64,000 nucleotides of DNA from Clostridia bacterium (GTDB taxonomy: Bacteria; Bacillota; Clostridia; HGM11514). This document shows positions 10,227 to 19,268 of the stretch, piece by piece. The stretch is from positions 1 to 64,000 of the forward strand of contig JAZNAU010000034.1 of assembly GCA_045586685.1 (NCBI GenBank). The letters run 5' to 3'. The notes under the pieces are model-generated. The model saw nothing but the letters and a program-made list of their open reading frames with translations, ran no database searches and was not told where the DNA came from. How positions within the stretch are numbered: position 1 is the stretch's first letter; the number at the start of each line of letters is the position of its first letter. A program made the position numbers and the translations under genes.

Positions 10227-11732
10227 ATGCTGATAGGCGGGCTTGATGTAGGAACTACCGGAACAAAGCTTACTGTATATGATGTGTGCGGTTGTTTTGT
10301 AGGAAATGAATATGTAGAATATGATGTGTCAAGAAAAAACGGCGAAGATGAAATTGATGTAGATGTCATTTTTTCTGCTGTTTGCGATGTTATATCAAAA
10401 ACAGTAAAAAAACATTCTGATCTTGCAGCAATAGGGGTTACAACCTTTGGTGAAACCTTCACAGTTCTTGACGAAAACAATAAGCCTTTATTTCCGTCTA
10501 TGCTTTATACTGATCCAAGAGGTGAAGAAGAGACACGGTTGCTCTGTAACACTATCGGAAATAAAAAGCTAAGACAAATCACCGGTGTAAATCCTCATCA
10601 AATGTATTCAATCCCTAAAATGATGTGGCTGAAAAATAAATATCCGGAAGAGTTTTCAAAAGCAAAAAGAATTCTTCTAATGGGCGATTATATCGTGTAT
10701 ATGCTTACCGGAAATGCCCGGATTGACTATTCACTTGCAGCAAGAACCATGGCATTTGATATCGTTGAAAAGAGATGGAGCGCTGAGATTCTCAACTGTG
10801 CAGGTATAGATGAAAGTTTGTTGTCTATGCCGGTTCCTACAGGCACACTTGCCGGATCAATATTAAAGGACTTGGCAAACAAACTTGGTGCTCCTGACAA
10901 TCTTAAGATTGTTACCGGATGTCATGACCAGATTGCCGCTGCAGTGGGAGCGGGAGTTTTTGAATCAGGACAAGCAGTTGACGGAACAGGAACAGTGGAA
11001 TGTGTTACTCCTGTTTTTGACGGTATTCCTGATAACGAGGGCATCTATGATGGCGGGTATTCTGTAGTTCCCTATGTTTTTGAAAACAAATATGTTTGCT
11101 ATGCTCTGTCGTATGCCGGTGGTGCCACTTTAAAATGGTATAGAGATTGTTTTGCGAAGTACGAAAAACAGCTTGCTGATGAAACAGGCGAAAATGTTTA
11201 TGCTTTGCTTGATAAACAGGTATCATCAGCTCCTACAGATTTGCTTGTGCTTCCTCATTTTGCCGGAGCGGCAACACCATATATGGATGTTAATTCCAAA
11301 GGTGCCATTATAGGTCTAACCTTCGAGCATACAAGTGCAGATATTTATAAGGCAATGATGGAAGGTGCAACCTATGAAATTATGATGAATACAGAGCACC
11401 TTAGTAATTTTGGGATTAAAATTGATGAGTTATATGCAACAGGTGGCGGGGCATCATCTCCTATATGGTTACAGATAAAAGCGGATATCTTAAACAGACC
11501 CATCACAACCCTTGAATCCCGCGAGGTAGGGGCATGCGGTATATGTATGCTTACAGCAGTTGCCATAGGTGCAATAGAAAACTTAACCGAGGCAAAAAAA
11601 ATGTTTGTAAAGCAAGATAAAACATATACTCCAAATGCAGCAAACATATCCACATATCATAAAAACTTCGAAGCATATAAAATGATTTATGACGCAGTAC
11701 GTCCGGTCATATCTAAAACGATGGAGGAATAA
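10227..11732 (+). CDS. FGGY-family carbohydrate kinase (xylulokinase-like)
   Basis: GLDVGTTGTK, GCHDQ, GTGT, TGGGASS..WLQIKAD. Confidence 0.9.
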   Translation: MLIGGLDVGTTGTKLTVYDVCGCFVGNEYVEYDVSRKNGEDEIDVDVIFSAVCDVISKTVKKHSDLAAIGVTTFGETFTVLDENNKPLFPSMLYTDPRGEEETRLLCNTIGNKKLRQITGVNPHQMYSIPKMMWLKNKYPEEFSKAKRILLMGDYIVYMLTGNARIDYSLAARTMAFDIVEKRWSAEILNCAGIDESLLSMPVPTGTLAGSILKDLANKLGAPDNLKIVTGCHDQIAAAVGAGVFESGQAVDGTGTVECVTPVFDGIPDNEGIYDGGYSVVPYVFENKYVCYALSYAGGATLKWYRDCFAKYEKQLADETGENVYALLDKQVSSAPTDLLVLPHFAGAATPYMDVNSKGAIIGLTFEHTSADIYKAMMEGATYEIMMNTEHLSNFGIKIDELYATGGGASSPIWLQIKADILNRPITTLESREVGACGICMLTAVAIGAIENLTEAKKMFVKQDKTYTPNAANISTYHKNFEAYKMIYDAVRPVISKTMEE

Positions 11733-11735
11733 ACA

Positions 11736-12581
11736 ATGCTTGTAACATTAAAAGAAATTTTAAAAATTGCAAACGAACGGAAGTGTGCAATCGGCTCATT
11801 TAACACACCGAATATGGCAAGCATTAAGGCTGTTATTGGCGGTGCAGAGGAAATGAATGAACCTGTAATCATCATGCATGCACAGGTACATGAAGAAATG
11901 GGTATTGCCAAGATGAGCGAAATAGCACCCGTTATGCTTAATATGGCAGATAAAGCAAAGGTGCCGGTATGTGTGCATCTTGACCACGGAACAGACCTGG
12001 GATATGTTAAGAAAGCGATTGAAACAGGGTTTACCTCTGTAATGTATGACGGGTCTGAGCTTGATACATTTATGAATTATGTAAATACTACCGTTGCCGT
12101 TAAGCTTGCAGAAAAAACAGGCGCATCTGTAGAGGCAGAAATAGGCTCTATGGGTAAACGTGAAGGCGGCGGAGGAGGGGGGACAAGTATTTATACAGAC
12201 CCTGATGAAGCCAAAGACTTTGCAGAAAAAACAGGTATAGATGCACTTGCATGTGCATTTGGAACTGCACACGGTATGTATTTGAAAAAACCAAAACTTG
12301 ATTTTGAAAGACTGGAAAAAATACAGTCAAAAGTACAAATTCCTCTTGTAATGCACGGGGGCTCCGGTGTTAGTCCTGAGGATTATACAAGAGCAATAAA
12401 TTGTGGTATACGTAAAATAAATTACTATACCTATATGGCAAACGCAGGAGGACGTGCCATAGAAAAGCTGTTTAGAAAAACTTATTACCACGATATAGAG
12501 TTGGTTGCTATTGAGGCAATGAAAGATGATGTTAAAACAGCAATCAATGTATTTTCAGGCCAGAATAGACCCGGATTGTAA
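11736..12581 (+). CDS. Class II fructose/tagatose-bisphosphate aldolase family
   Basis: HLDH, MYDGS, EAEIG, GTAHG, HGGSG and KINY motifs. Confidence 0.92.
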   Translation: MLVTLKEILKIANERKCAIGSFNTPNMASIKAVIGGAEEMNEPVIIMHAQVHEEMGIAKMSEIAPVMLNMADKAKVPVCVHLDHGTDLGYVKKAIETGFTSVMYDGSELDTFMNYVNTTVAVKLAEKTGASVEAEIGSMGKREGGGGGGTSIYTDPDEAKDFAEKTGIDALACAFGTAHGMYLKKPKLDFERLEKIQSKVQIPLVMHGGSGVSPEDYTRAINCGIRKINYYTYMANAGGRAIEKLFRKTYYHDIELVAIEAMKDDVKTAINVFSGQNRPGL

Positions 12582-12614
12582 AATATCCCAATTTATAAAA
12601 AGGAGTAGCTTGAA

Positions 12615-13340
12615 ATGAATCTTTTATCAATTGGAAATAGCTTTTCGCAGGATGCTCAAAGATATTTGCATCAGATTGCAAAGACTGACGGAGAAAACAT
12701 CAAAGCATTTAACCTTTACATTGGAGGGTGTTCGCTGTATCGTCATTACAGAAATATATTGACAGAAGAAAATGAATATATTTTAGAAATGAATGGGAAC
12801 AGCACAGGCTTTTATGTTTCTTTAAAGGAAGCACTTTTAAATCGTAAATGGGATGTTGTGACTATTCAGCAGGCTAGTTCCCAGTCGAACGATTACGAAA
12901 CATATCAACCGTATCTTAATAAAATAGTTGATTATGTGAAACAGTGTGCTCCAAAGGCTAAAATTGTAATACACCAAACATGGGCATATGAGCAGGATTC
13001 ACAGATGCTAAACGAAAGAATGGGGTATGCTGAACACACACAGATGTTTAAAGATGTGAAGGAAGCATATCAAAAAGCATTTGATGAAGTGAATGCCGAT
13101 CTAATCATACCATCAGGTGAACTGTTGCAAAAGCTTGTTTCCCGTGGAACACAAAAGGTGCACAGAGATACCTATCATTTAAGCTATGGTATTGGCAGAT
13201 ATGCAGTTGGATTGCTTTGGTATGCCATGTTAACAGGAAAAGATATCAAAAACAATGTGTATTGTGATTTTGATGAAGAAATTGATAAAGCAGATATTGA
13301 AATAGCAAAAGAATGTGTAGCAGAAATCTGCGGTATTTAA
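12615..13340 (+). CDS. DUF4886 / SGNH hydrolase (putative esterase)
   Basis: IGNSFS, WDVVTIQQAS, HQTWAY, RDTYH (DxxH). Confidence 0.8.
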   Translation: MNLLSIGNSFSQDAQRYLHQIAKTDGENIKAFNLYIGGCSLYRHYRNILTEENEYILEMNGNSTGFYVSLKEALLNRKWDVVTIQQASSQSNDYETYQPYLNKIVDYVKQCAPKAKIVIHQTWAYEQDSQMLNERMGYAEHTQMFKDVKEAYQKAFDEVNADLIIPSGELLQKLVSRGTQKVHRDTYHLSYGIGRYAVGLLWYAMLTGKDIKNNVYCDFDEEIDKADIEIAKECVAEICGI

Positions 13341-13370
13341 GATTTTACGGATTCTATAAAATATTGTATT

Positions 13371-13406
13371 ATCGCCCATTTTTATATGATTGGGCGATTT
13401 TCTTTT
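13371..13406 (+). terminator. Intrinsic terminator ending the sugar operon
   Basis: ATCGCCCA...TGGGCGAT stem followed by TTTCTTTT. Confidence 0.65.
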
Positions 13407-13445
13407 GCATAAATCACCGAAAAGTTTTCTTTTTTTTTGTTTTTG

Positions 13446-13496
13446 TTGACAAAAGGATAGCAATATGGTAAAATTATCAATGGTAACTAATGTTAC
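13446..13496 (+). promoter_or_regulatory. SigA promoter plus palindromic operator for the PIG-L gene
   Basis: TTGACA-17bp-TAAAAT with extended TG; GTAAC-taat-GTTAC at 13483-13496. Confidence 0.6.
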
Positions 13497-13527
13497 ATAT
13501 ACCTTTTTTATTAAGGAGTGGTTTATA

Positions 13528-14394
13528 ATGAAACAAATAAGAGCAATGATGATAGGTGCACATCCTGACGATAACGATTTCAGATGTGGTGGACTGGCAC
13601 TTAAATATGCAAGAGCAGGACACGTGGTAAAATTCTTGTCGTTGTGTAACGGTGATGGCGGACATCAGACAATGGGTCCTGAAGAAATAAGAGTACGTCG
13701 CCGTAAGGAATCCCTTGCAGTTGCAGAATTTGCAGGCATTACATACGATGTATGGGATGATTCTAGTGATTGTGAGCTTATGGCAACATTAGAATACAGA
13801 GCAAGACTTGTTCGTGAAATAAGAGAATTTAACCCTGATATTATTTTTACATGCAGACCTAACGACTATCATGCAGACCATCGTAACACTGCAATTCTTG
13901 TTCAGGATGCATCATATCTTTTGACAGTTCCAAACTACTGTCCAGAGGTTAAGCCAATGAGAAATATGCCGGTAATTCTGTATGTATACGACAGGTTTAA
14001 AAACCCCGATTTTTATGGTGATATAATGGTTGATATTGATGACGTTATCGATGATAAGTTTAAGATGTTCGACCTGCATGAATCACAGGTTTATGAATGG
14101 CTTCCATACACAGCATTAGAACACGAAAATGTTCCTGAGGGTAAAGAGGAAAGACTTGAATGGCTGCATGGCCCACGTATTCCGCGTGATGGTTCCATGG
14201 TTGATTTTGAGGAAATCAAAAAAGTAAAGCAATCGGCTCACTCAGAGTTTAGACAAGCAGGACGTGCAAATCTGTTCCGTGAGTCACTGATAAAAAGATA
14301 CGGTGAGGAAAGAGGATCTAAGGTTGTGTTTGCAGAGGCATTTAGTGTTTGTGAATACGGAAATCCTATGATAGATGAATTGATTCCATTTTAA
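13528..14394 (+). CDS. PIG-L/LmbE family deacetylase
   Basis: AHPDD, R..E, HADH, H.SQ and EAF motifs; start after AAGGAG. Confidence 0.88.
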   Translation: MKQIRAMMIGAHPDDNDFRCGGLALKYARAGHVVKFLSLCNGDGGHQTMGPEEIRVRRRKESLAVAEFAGITYDVWDDSSDCELMATLEYRARLVREIREFNPDIIFTCRPNDYHADHRNTAILVQDASYLLTVPNYCPEVKPMRNMPVILYVYDRFKNPDFYGDIMVDIDDVIDDKFKMFDLHESQVYEWLPYTALEHENVPEGKEERLEWLHGPRIPRDGSMVDFEEIKKVKQSAHSEFRQAGRANLFRESLIKRYGEERGSKVVFAEAFSVCEYGNPMIDELIPF

Positions 14395-14669
14395 AAAACG
14401 GATGTAAAAAAGTTTGGAGCGGAAAAAGCAATATCAATACATAAATACAAACGGTTTTAAGATTGCAAAACATTTCATTTGGTTGAAAAATCTAATTTTA
14501 TTTGATTTTTTGTAGGTTGAGTGTTTTTGCTATGAACAAACCATGCCTTTTGATGCTTTGTCCATTCTAAAACATTTTTTCTATCCACCAAAAAACAAAA
14601 AGAGCAATTTTTGATCTTTTTGTTTTTTTGTGTATTTTTAAATAACCGTTTTATTTTTAAAAGGGAGCA

Positions 14670-15572
14670 ATGTTTGTGATGAAAACAGAGAAAAATATAC
14701 TAATTGCATTTCTGTTAAATTTTATATTTTCAGTTTTTGAGTTTGTTGGTGGTTTCCTTACAGGAAGTGTAGCAATCGTTTCTGATGCTATACATGATAT
14801 TGGCGATGCACTAAGTATCGGGATTTCTTATTTTTTAGAACGCAAAAGTAAAAAGCAGCCAGATGATGTGTATACCTATGGATATAGACGATTTTCGGTT
14901 ATGGGAAGTTTAATTACAACGGGAATTTTGTTGTTTAGTTCCGTTGTAGTTACCTATAGTGCGGTTATAAGAATGTTTAATCCAGTAGTAATTGATTATA
15001 GCGGAATGATTATGTTTGCAGTTGTTGGTACGGGAGTTAATCTTGTGGCGGCTATCGTTACAAGGGGGGGTGAATCACTTAACCAGAAAGCAGTGAATCT
15101 TCATATGCTTGAAGATGTTTTAGGTTGGGTTGTTGTTTTAATTGGTGCGATTATTATGCGTTTTACCGATTTTGCTATTATTGACCCTATTATGTCCATT
15201 GGTATTTCTATATTTATCCTTGTACATGCTATGAAAAATATATTGAAAATTGTAGAACTTTTTCTTGAAAAAACCCCTTCAAATATAGATATTCCGGAAA
15301 TGAAAAAACATATCATGAAAATTGATGGAGTTGAAGATGTTCATCATATTCATATATGGAGTTTGGATGGATACAACAATTATGCAACTATGCACATTGT
15401 TACAGACAACGAAGGACAGCGGATAAAAGAAAAAGTGCGAAAGGAACTGGAGGGACATCATATATCCCATGTAACATTAGAGATTGAAACTACAGATGAG
15501 CATTGTCACAATAAATTTTGTCATATTAAGCATGATAATGCATGTAGCCACAATCACAACCATCATCACTAA
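14670..15572 (+). CDS. czcD: Cation diffusion facilitator (CzcD-like Zn/Co/Cd exporter)
   Basis: SDAIHDIGD, YTYGYRR, LHMLED and HHIHIWS motifs; His-rich C-terminal tail. Confidence 0.88.
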   Translation: MFVMKTEKNILIAFLLNFIFSVFEFVGGFLTGSVAIVSDAIHDIGDALSIGISYFLERKSKKQPDDVYTYGYRRFSVMGSLITTGILLFSSVVVTYSAVIRMFNPVVIDYSGMIMFAVVGTGVNLVAAIVTRGGESLNQKAVNLHMLEDVLGWVVVLIGAIIMRFTDFAIIDPIMSIGISIFILVHAMKNILKIVELFLEKTPSNIDIPEMKKHIMKIDGVEDVHHIHIWSLDGYNNYATMHIVTDNEGQRIKEKVRKELEGHHISHVTLEIETTDEHCHNKFCHIKHDNACSHNHNHHH

Positions 15573-15606
15573 AACTTTGTCAAATATTATCGAAAGGAAA
15601 TAACAT

Positions 15607-16452
15607 ATGAAAAACAAAAAACTTAGGAATTTTATAATGATGAATATAGGATGCGTACTTCTCTCTGCAGGGGTATATTTCTTTAAAATCCCAAACGGGT
15701 TTGCAACCGGAGGTGTAACAGGTATAGGTACTATTTTGGGCAAGATTTCACCTATCACACCAGCGGTATGGATTTGGGTTTTAAATATTGCACTTTTGTT
15801 GTTGGGTTTTTTGTTTTTGGGATGGAAAAATTGTGTTAAAACAATATATTGCAGTATGTTTTATTCGGCGCTTACCTATCTTTTTGAGTTTTTTATACCC
15901 CTTTCTGTTCCGCTTACAAATCAACCGCTTTTAGAATTAACCTATGCAATGCTTCTTACAGCAATTGGTTCGGCGTTGATTTTTAATAGCGATGCATCTT
16001 CTGGAGGAACAGATATTGCAGCTTTGATTTTGAAAAAGTTTTCAAATCTTGATGTGGGGAAAGCGTTACTGGCTGTGGATTGTGTTGTTGCTATCAGTTC
16101 GTTTTTTGTTTTTAATATACAGGCAGGGCTTTTTTCAATATTAGGATTGTTTGCAAAAGCTTTCTTGGTAGACAGCGTAATTGAAAGTCTAAATATATGC
16201 AAATATTTTATTGTAGTAACCACAAAACGTAATGAAATATCGGAATACATTATAAAAACATTGCATCATGGTGTTACTGTTAATGATGCAGTTGGCGAGT
16301 TTACCAAAGAGCAAAGAGTGATGATTCATACGGTATGTAAAAGGGCAGAGGCAATAAAGCTGAAAAAGAAAATTAAAGAAATTGACCCATCCTCATTTAT
16401 TATTGTTACTACAAGTAGTGAAATTATAGGACGCGGATTTAGAAATGTCTGA
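15607..16452 (+). CDS. YitT family membrane protein (DUF161/DUF2179)
   Basis: GGVTG, SSGGTDI, IDPSSFI...EIIGRGF. Confidence 0.88.
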   Translation: MKNKKLRNFIMMNIGCVLLSAGVYFFKIPNGFATGGVTGIGTILGKISPITPAVWIWVLNIALLLLGFLFLGWKNCVKTIYCSMFYSALTYLFEFFIPLSVPLTNQPLLELTYAMLLTAIGSALIFNSDASSGGTDIAALILKKFSNLDVGKALLAVDCVVAISSFFVFNIQAGLFSILGLFAKAFLVDSVIESLNICKYFIVVTTKRNEISEYIIKTLHHGVTVNDAVGEFTKEQRVMIHTVCKRAEAIKLKKKIKEIDPSSFIIVTTSSEIIGRGFRNV

Positions 16453-16564
16453 TTGTATTTTTACGTGTTAAATCTATATAATAATATAAACGACCTTGGT
16501 TTCTCGTGAAGTGCAAATGCGGTAATAAATGATAATTTCTGTAGTGTAAAAAGGAAGTGAAAAA

Positions 16565-17995
16565 ATGAATTGGCAAGGGTTAAAAACAGAACGTGTTTTT
16601 ACTTGGTTTGAAAAAATTTGCGCCATTCCTCATGGCTCCGGAAATACAAAGGAAATTAGTGATTTTTGTGTATCGTTTGCAAAGAAACGAAAACTGGAAT
16701 GGAAACAGGATGAATGGAATAACGTGATTATTATAAAACCTGCTACACAGGGTTATGAAGCAGAGCCAACCGTTATTTTACAGGGACATCTGGATATGGT
16801 TTGTGTGAAGGAAACGGAAAACGAAATTGATTTTGAAAAAGATGGTCTTGCATTATGCTTGAATGGCGATTTTTTGACTGCAGACGGCACTTCCTTGGGC
16901 GCTGATAACGGGATTGCGGTTGCACTTTGTATGGCAATTTTAGAATCAGATTCTTTGGAGCATCCTCGTATCGAAGCGGTATTTACCACAGATGAGGAAA
17001 CGGGGATGGACGGTGCTGCCAACATTGACTTGTCTGACCTGCAAGGAAAACAAATGATAAATATTGATTCTGAACAGGAAGGTGTGTTTACGGTAGGTTG
17101 TGCAGGCGGGATTCAGGTGAATTGGTTTGTGGATGTTATCCGTCGAAAAAAAACAGGACTGTACGGAAAAATTACCATTTCCGGTTTAACAGGCGGTCAT
17201 TCCGGTATTGAAATCGGAAAGGAAAGCGCGAATGCCATTGTTCTGTTAGGGAAGCTGTTGCAAAAGCTTGGCTCTCGGATTTCTCTTATTTCGGTAAACG
17301 GAGGAGAAAAAAGCAATGCAATCCCTGTGAGTGCTTGTGTTGAGTTCCTAACAACGGATTTTGATGAAATTAAAAAGATGATAAAAGAAGAGGAGCAGGT
17401 GTGGAAGCTTTCTTTCGGGTTGACTGACCCTGATCTTTGTGTTAGTGTAACAGAAGATGACGAGAGAGAGACGGAGTGCCTGATTGATGAAAGCGCAGAA
17501 CAACTTGGCATGTTGCTGTATCATTTTCCGTGTGGCGTTCAATCCCGCGAAACCTCTTTGGATGGTATGGTAAGAACCTCCTTAAACTTAGGGATTTTGA
17601 AAACCTGTGAAAATGAAGTCAGTGGTGTTTTCTGTGCAAGAAGCAGTTTAGAATCAGAAAAAGAGGATTTGGTCAATCATTTGATTTCTTTGACGGAATT
17701 TCTGGGTGGCAGAGTGGAAACAGAAGGCTCATTCCCTGCTTGGGAAATGCGGCACCATTCACCTTTGCGGGATAAACTGAGTGCGATTTATCAGGAGAAA
17801 TACGGCAAGAAACCAATTATTGAGGTAATCCATGCCGGGTTGGAATGTGGAATGTTTTCAGAAAAAATCTCCGATTTGGATTGTGTATCCATTGGTCCTG
17901 ATATATTTGATATTCATACACCCGCAGAACGGGTTTCTGTTTCTTCTGTAGAGCGATTATGGGATTTTGTATTAGAAGTATTGAAAAGGAAGTAA
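16565..17995 (+). CDS. pepD: Aminoacyl-histidine dipeptidase (M20C)
   Basis: QGHLDMV, LGADNG, DEETG, GGHSG, IHAGLECG, IHTPAE. Confidence 0.92.
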   Translation: MNWQGLKTERVFTWFEKICAIPHGSGNTKEISDFCVSFAKKRKLEWKQDEWNNVIIIKPATQGYEAEPTVILQGHLDMVCVKETENEIDFEKDGLALCLNGDFLTADGTSLGADNGIAVALCMAILESDSLEHPRIEAVFTTDEETGMDGAANIDLSDLQGKQMINIDSEQEGVFTVGCAGGIQVNWFVDVIRRKKTGLYGKITISGLTGGHSGIEIGKESANAIVLLGKLLQKLGSRISLISVNGGEKSNAIPVSACVEFLTTDFDEIKKMIKEEEQVWKLSFGLTDPDLCVSVTEDDERETECLIDESAEQLGMLLYHFPCGVQSRETSLDGMVRTSLNLGILKTCENEVSGVFCARSSLESEKEDLVNHLISLTEFLGGRVETEGSFPAWEMRHHSPLRDKLSAIYQEKYGKKPIIEVIHAGLECGMFSEKISDLDCVSIGPDIFDIHTPAERVSVSSVERLWDFVLEVLKRK

Positions 17996-17998
17996 AGA

Positions 17999-18922
17999 AT
18001 GAAAGAACAAAAGAGAATTCAACTAGCAATGGCAGGTGCGTTATTTGCGAATGTGATTTTTGGGTTTAGCTTTTTATTTACCAAGCTGGCTTTGACGGTA
18101 GCAAGTCCGGTTTTACTGTTGGCATATCGGTTTACCTTTGCTTTTTTGTTAATGAGTATCATAGCCCTTTGCAAACCGGAAATATTACAGTTGAAGGGCA
18201 AACCAGTAAAAAACGTAATTCTTATGGGGATTTGTCAACCGTTGCTGTATTTTATATGCGAAAATTACGGAATGCTCTATTCCAGTACGACCTTTGCGGC
18301 GGTGATGATTGCATTGGCACCAATCGGTGCAATGGCATTGGGAACCGTTTTTTTAAAAGAAAAATGCAGTTGGCATCAAGTTGTTTGCTGTGTTATTTCA
18401 GTGAGCGGTGTGATTTTGCTTGCTATGAAAAATCAATCCGAAGGACAAGTAACCTTTTTTGGTATTCTTTTGTTGACGGGGGCAGTGTTGTCTGCTTCCG
18501 GATTTAATGTACTCAGTCGGAAGTGTGCGACTGATTTTACTGCTTTTGAACGGACCTATATTATGTTTTTTATGGCTATGGCAGCGTTTGATTTTTGGGC
18601 AGTATCAGAATCCGGATGGAACATGGAAACGCTGTTATCTCCGTTACAGGACACGGGATTTTTGTTGGCAGTGCTTTATTTGGGCGGTGCTTCTTCCGTA
18701 GGTGCCTTTTTGATGTATAATGGGGCAACAACCTATCTATCCGTTGCAAGAGCATCTTCTTTTTCCAGTGTAATTACGGTAGTTACTTTGTTTGCAGGGA
18801 TTGTATTCTTACACGAATCCTTTGATTTGATTTCCTTCGTTGCATCGGCAATCATTATCTTTGGAATTTGGGGAGTGCAGAAAACACCTAAAAAATTGCA
18901 AATTCCTGAAAAAATTTCTTGA
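17999..18922 (+). CDS. DMT/EamA family transporter
   Basis: About 10 hydrophobic segments in two EamA repeats (IFGFSF..., FLKE/FLHE). Confidence 0.88.
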   Translation: MKEQKRIQLAMAGALFANVIFGFSFLFTKLALTVASPVLLLAYRFTFAFLLMSIIALCKPEILQLKGKPVKNVILMGICQPLLYFICENYGMLYSSTTFAAVMIALAPIGAMALGTVFLKEKCSWHQVVCCVISVSGVILLAMKNQSEGQVTFFGILLLTGAVLSASGFNVLSRKCATDFTAFERTYIMFFMAMAAFDFWAVSESGWNMETLLSPLQDTGFLLAVLYLGGASSVGAFLMYNGATTYLSVARASSFSSVITVVTLFAGIVFLHESFDLISFVASAIIIFGIWGVQKTPKKLQIPEKIS

Positions 18923-18947
18923 CATCTTTTGGGATGCGTGGTATAAT
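18919..18947 (+). promoter_or_regulatory. Consensus SigA promoter of tRNA-Ser
   Basis: TTGACA-17bp-TATAAT with extended TG. Confidence 0.85.
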
Positions 18948-18976
18948 AGTTGATGTTGATGACTTAAAACCACTTT

Positions 18977-19068
18977 GGAGAGGTGGCTGAGCTGGTCTAA
19001 GGCGCACGACTGGAAATCGTGTAACGGCTAATACCCGTTCAAGGGTTCGAATCCCTTCCTCTCCGCCA
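18977..19068 (+). tRNA. tRNA-Ser (anticodon GGA)
   Basis: GGAGAGG/CCTCTCC acceptor stem, anticodon loop CT-GGA-AA, long variable arm, GGTTCGAATCC, encoded CCA. Confidence 0.97.
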
Positions 19069-19104
19069 AAAATCGACAAGATTCGTCAGAGTCTTGTCGA
19101 TTTT
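19069..19104 (+). terminator. 16-bp hairpin directly after tRNA-Ser
   Basis: AAAATCGACAAGATTC-gtca-GAGTCTTGTCGATTTT. Confidence 0.75.
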
Positions 19105-19195
19105 ACTTATTACCTATTCACTCTTTACTATTCCCTAAAAATCGTCCTTGTTGATTTTTGGAAAGTAATAAGGAATAGTGAAAAGGGAAAAAGTT
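19104..19195. repeat. Inverted arrays of degenerate 7-bp repeats around a central palindrome
   Basis: TACTTAT TACCTAT TCACTCT TTACTAT TCCCTAA AAATC...GATTTTT, then a right arm whose reverse complement reads AACTTTT TCCCTTT TCACTAT TCCTTAT TACTTTC. Confidence 0.75.
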
Positions 19196-19268
19196 AGGTA
19201 CAAACTCGCCTTGCGAGGTTGTTTTGAACAGAAGAAAGTTTATGGGAAATAGGTGTGTGTCTTTGTAG

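Noticed and set aside
19104-19195. CRISPR array
   Set aside because: The units are 7 bp, degenerate and lack spacers; no cas genes are present.
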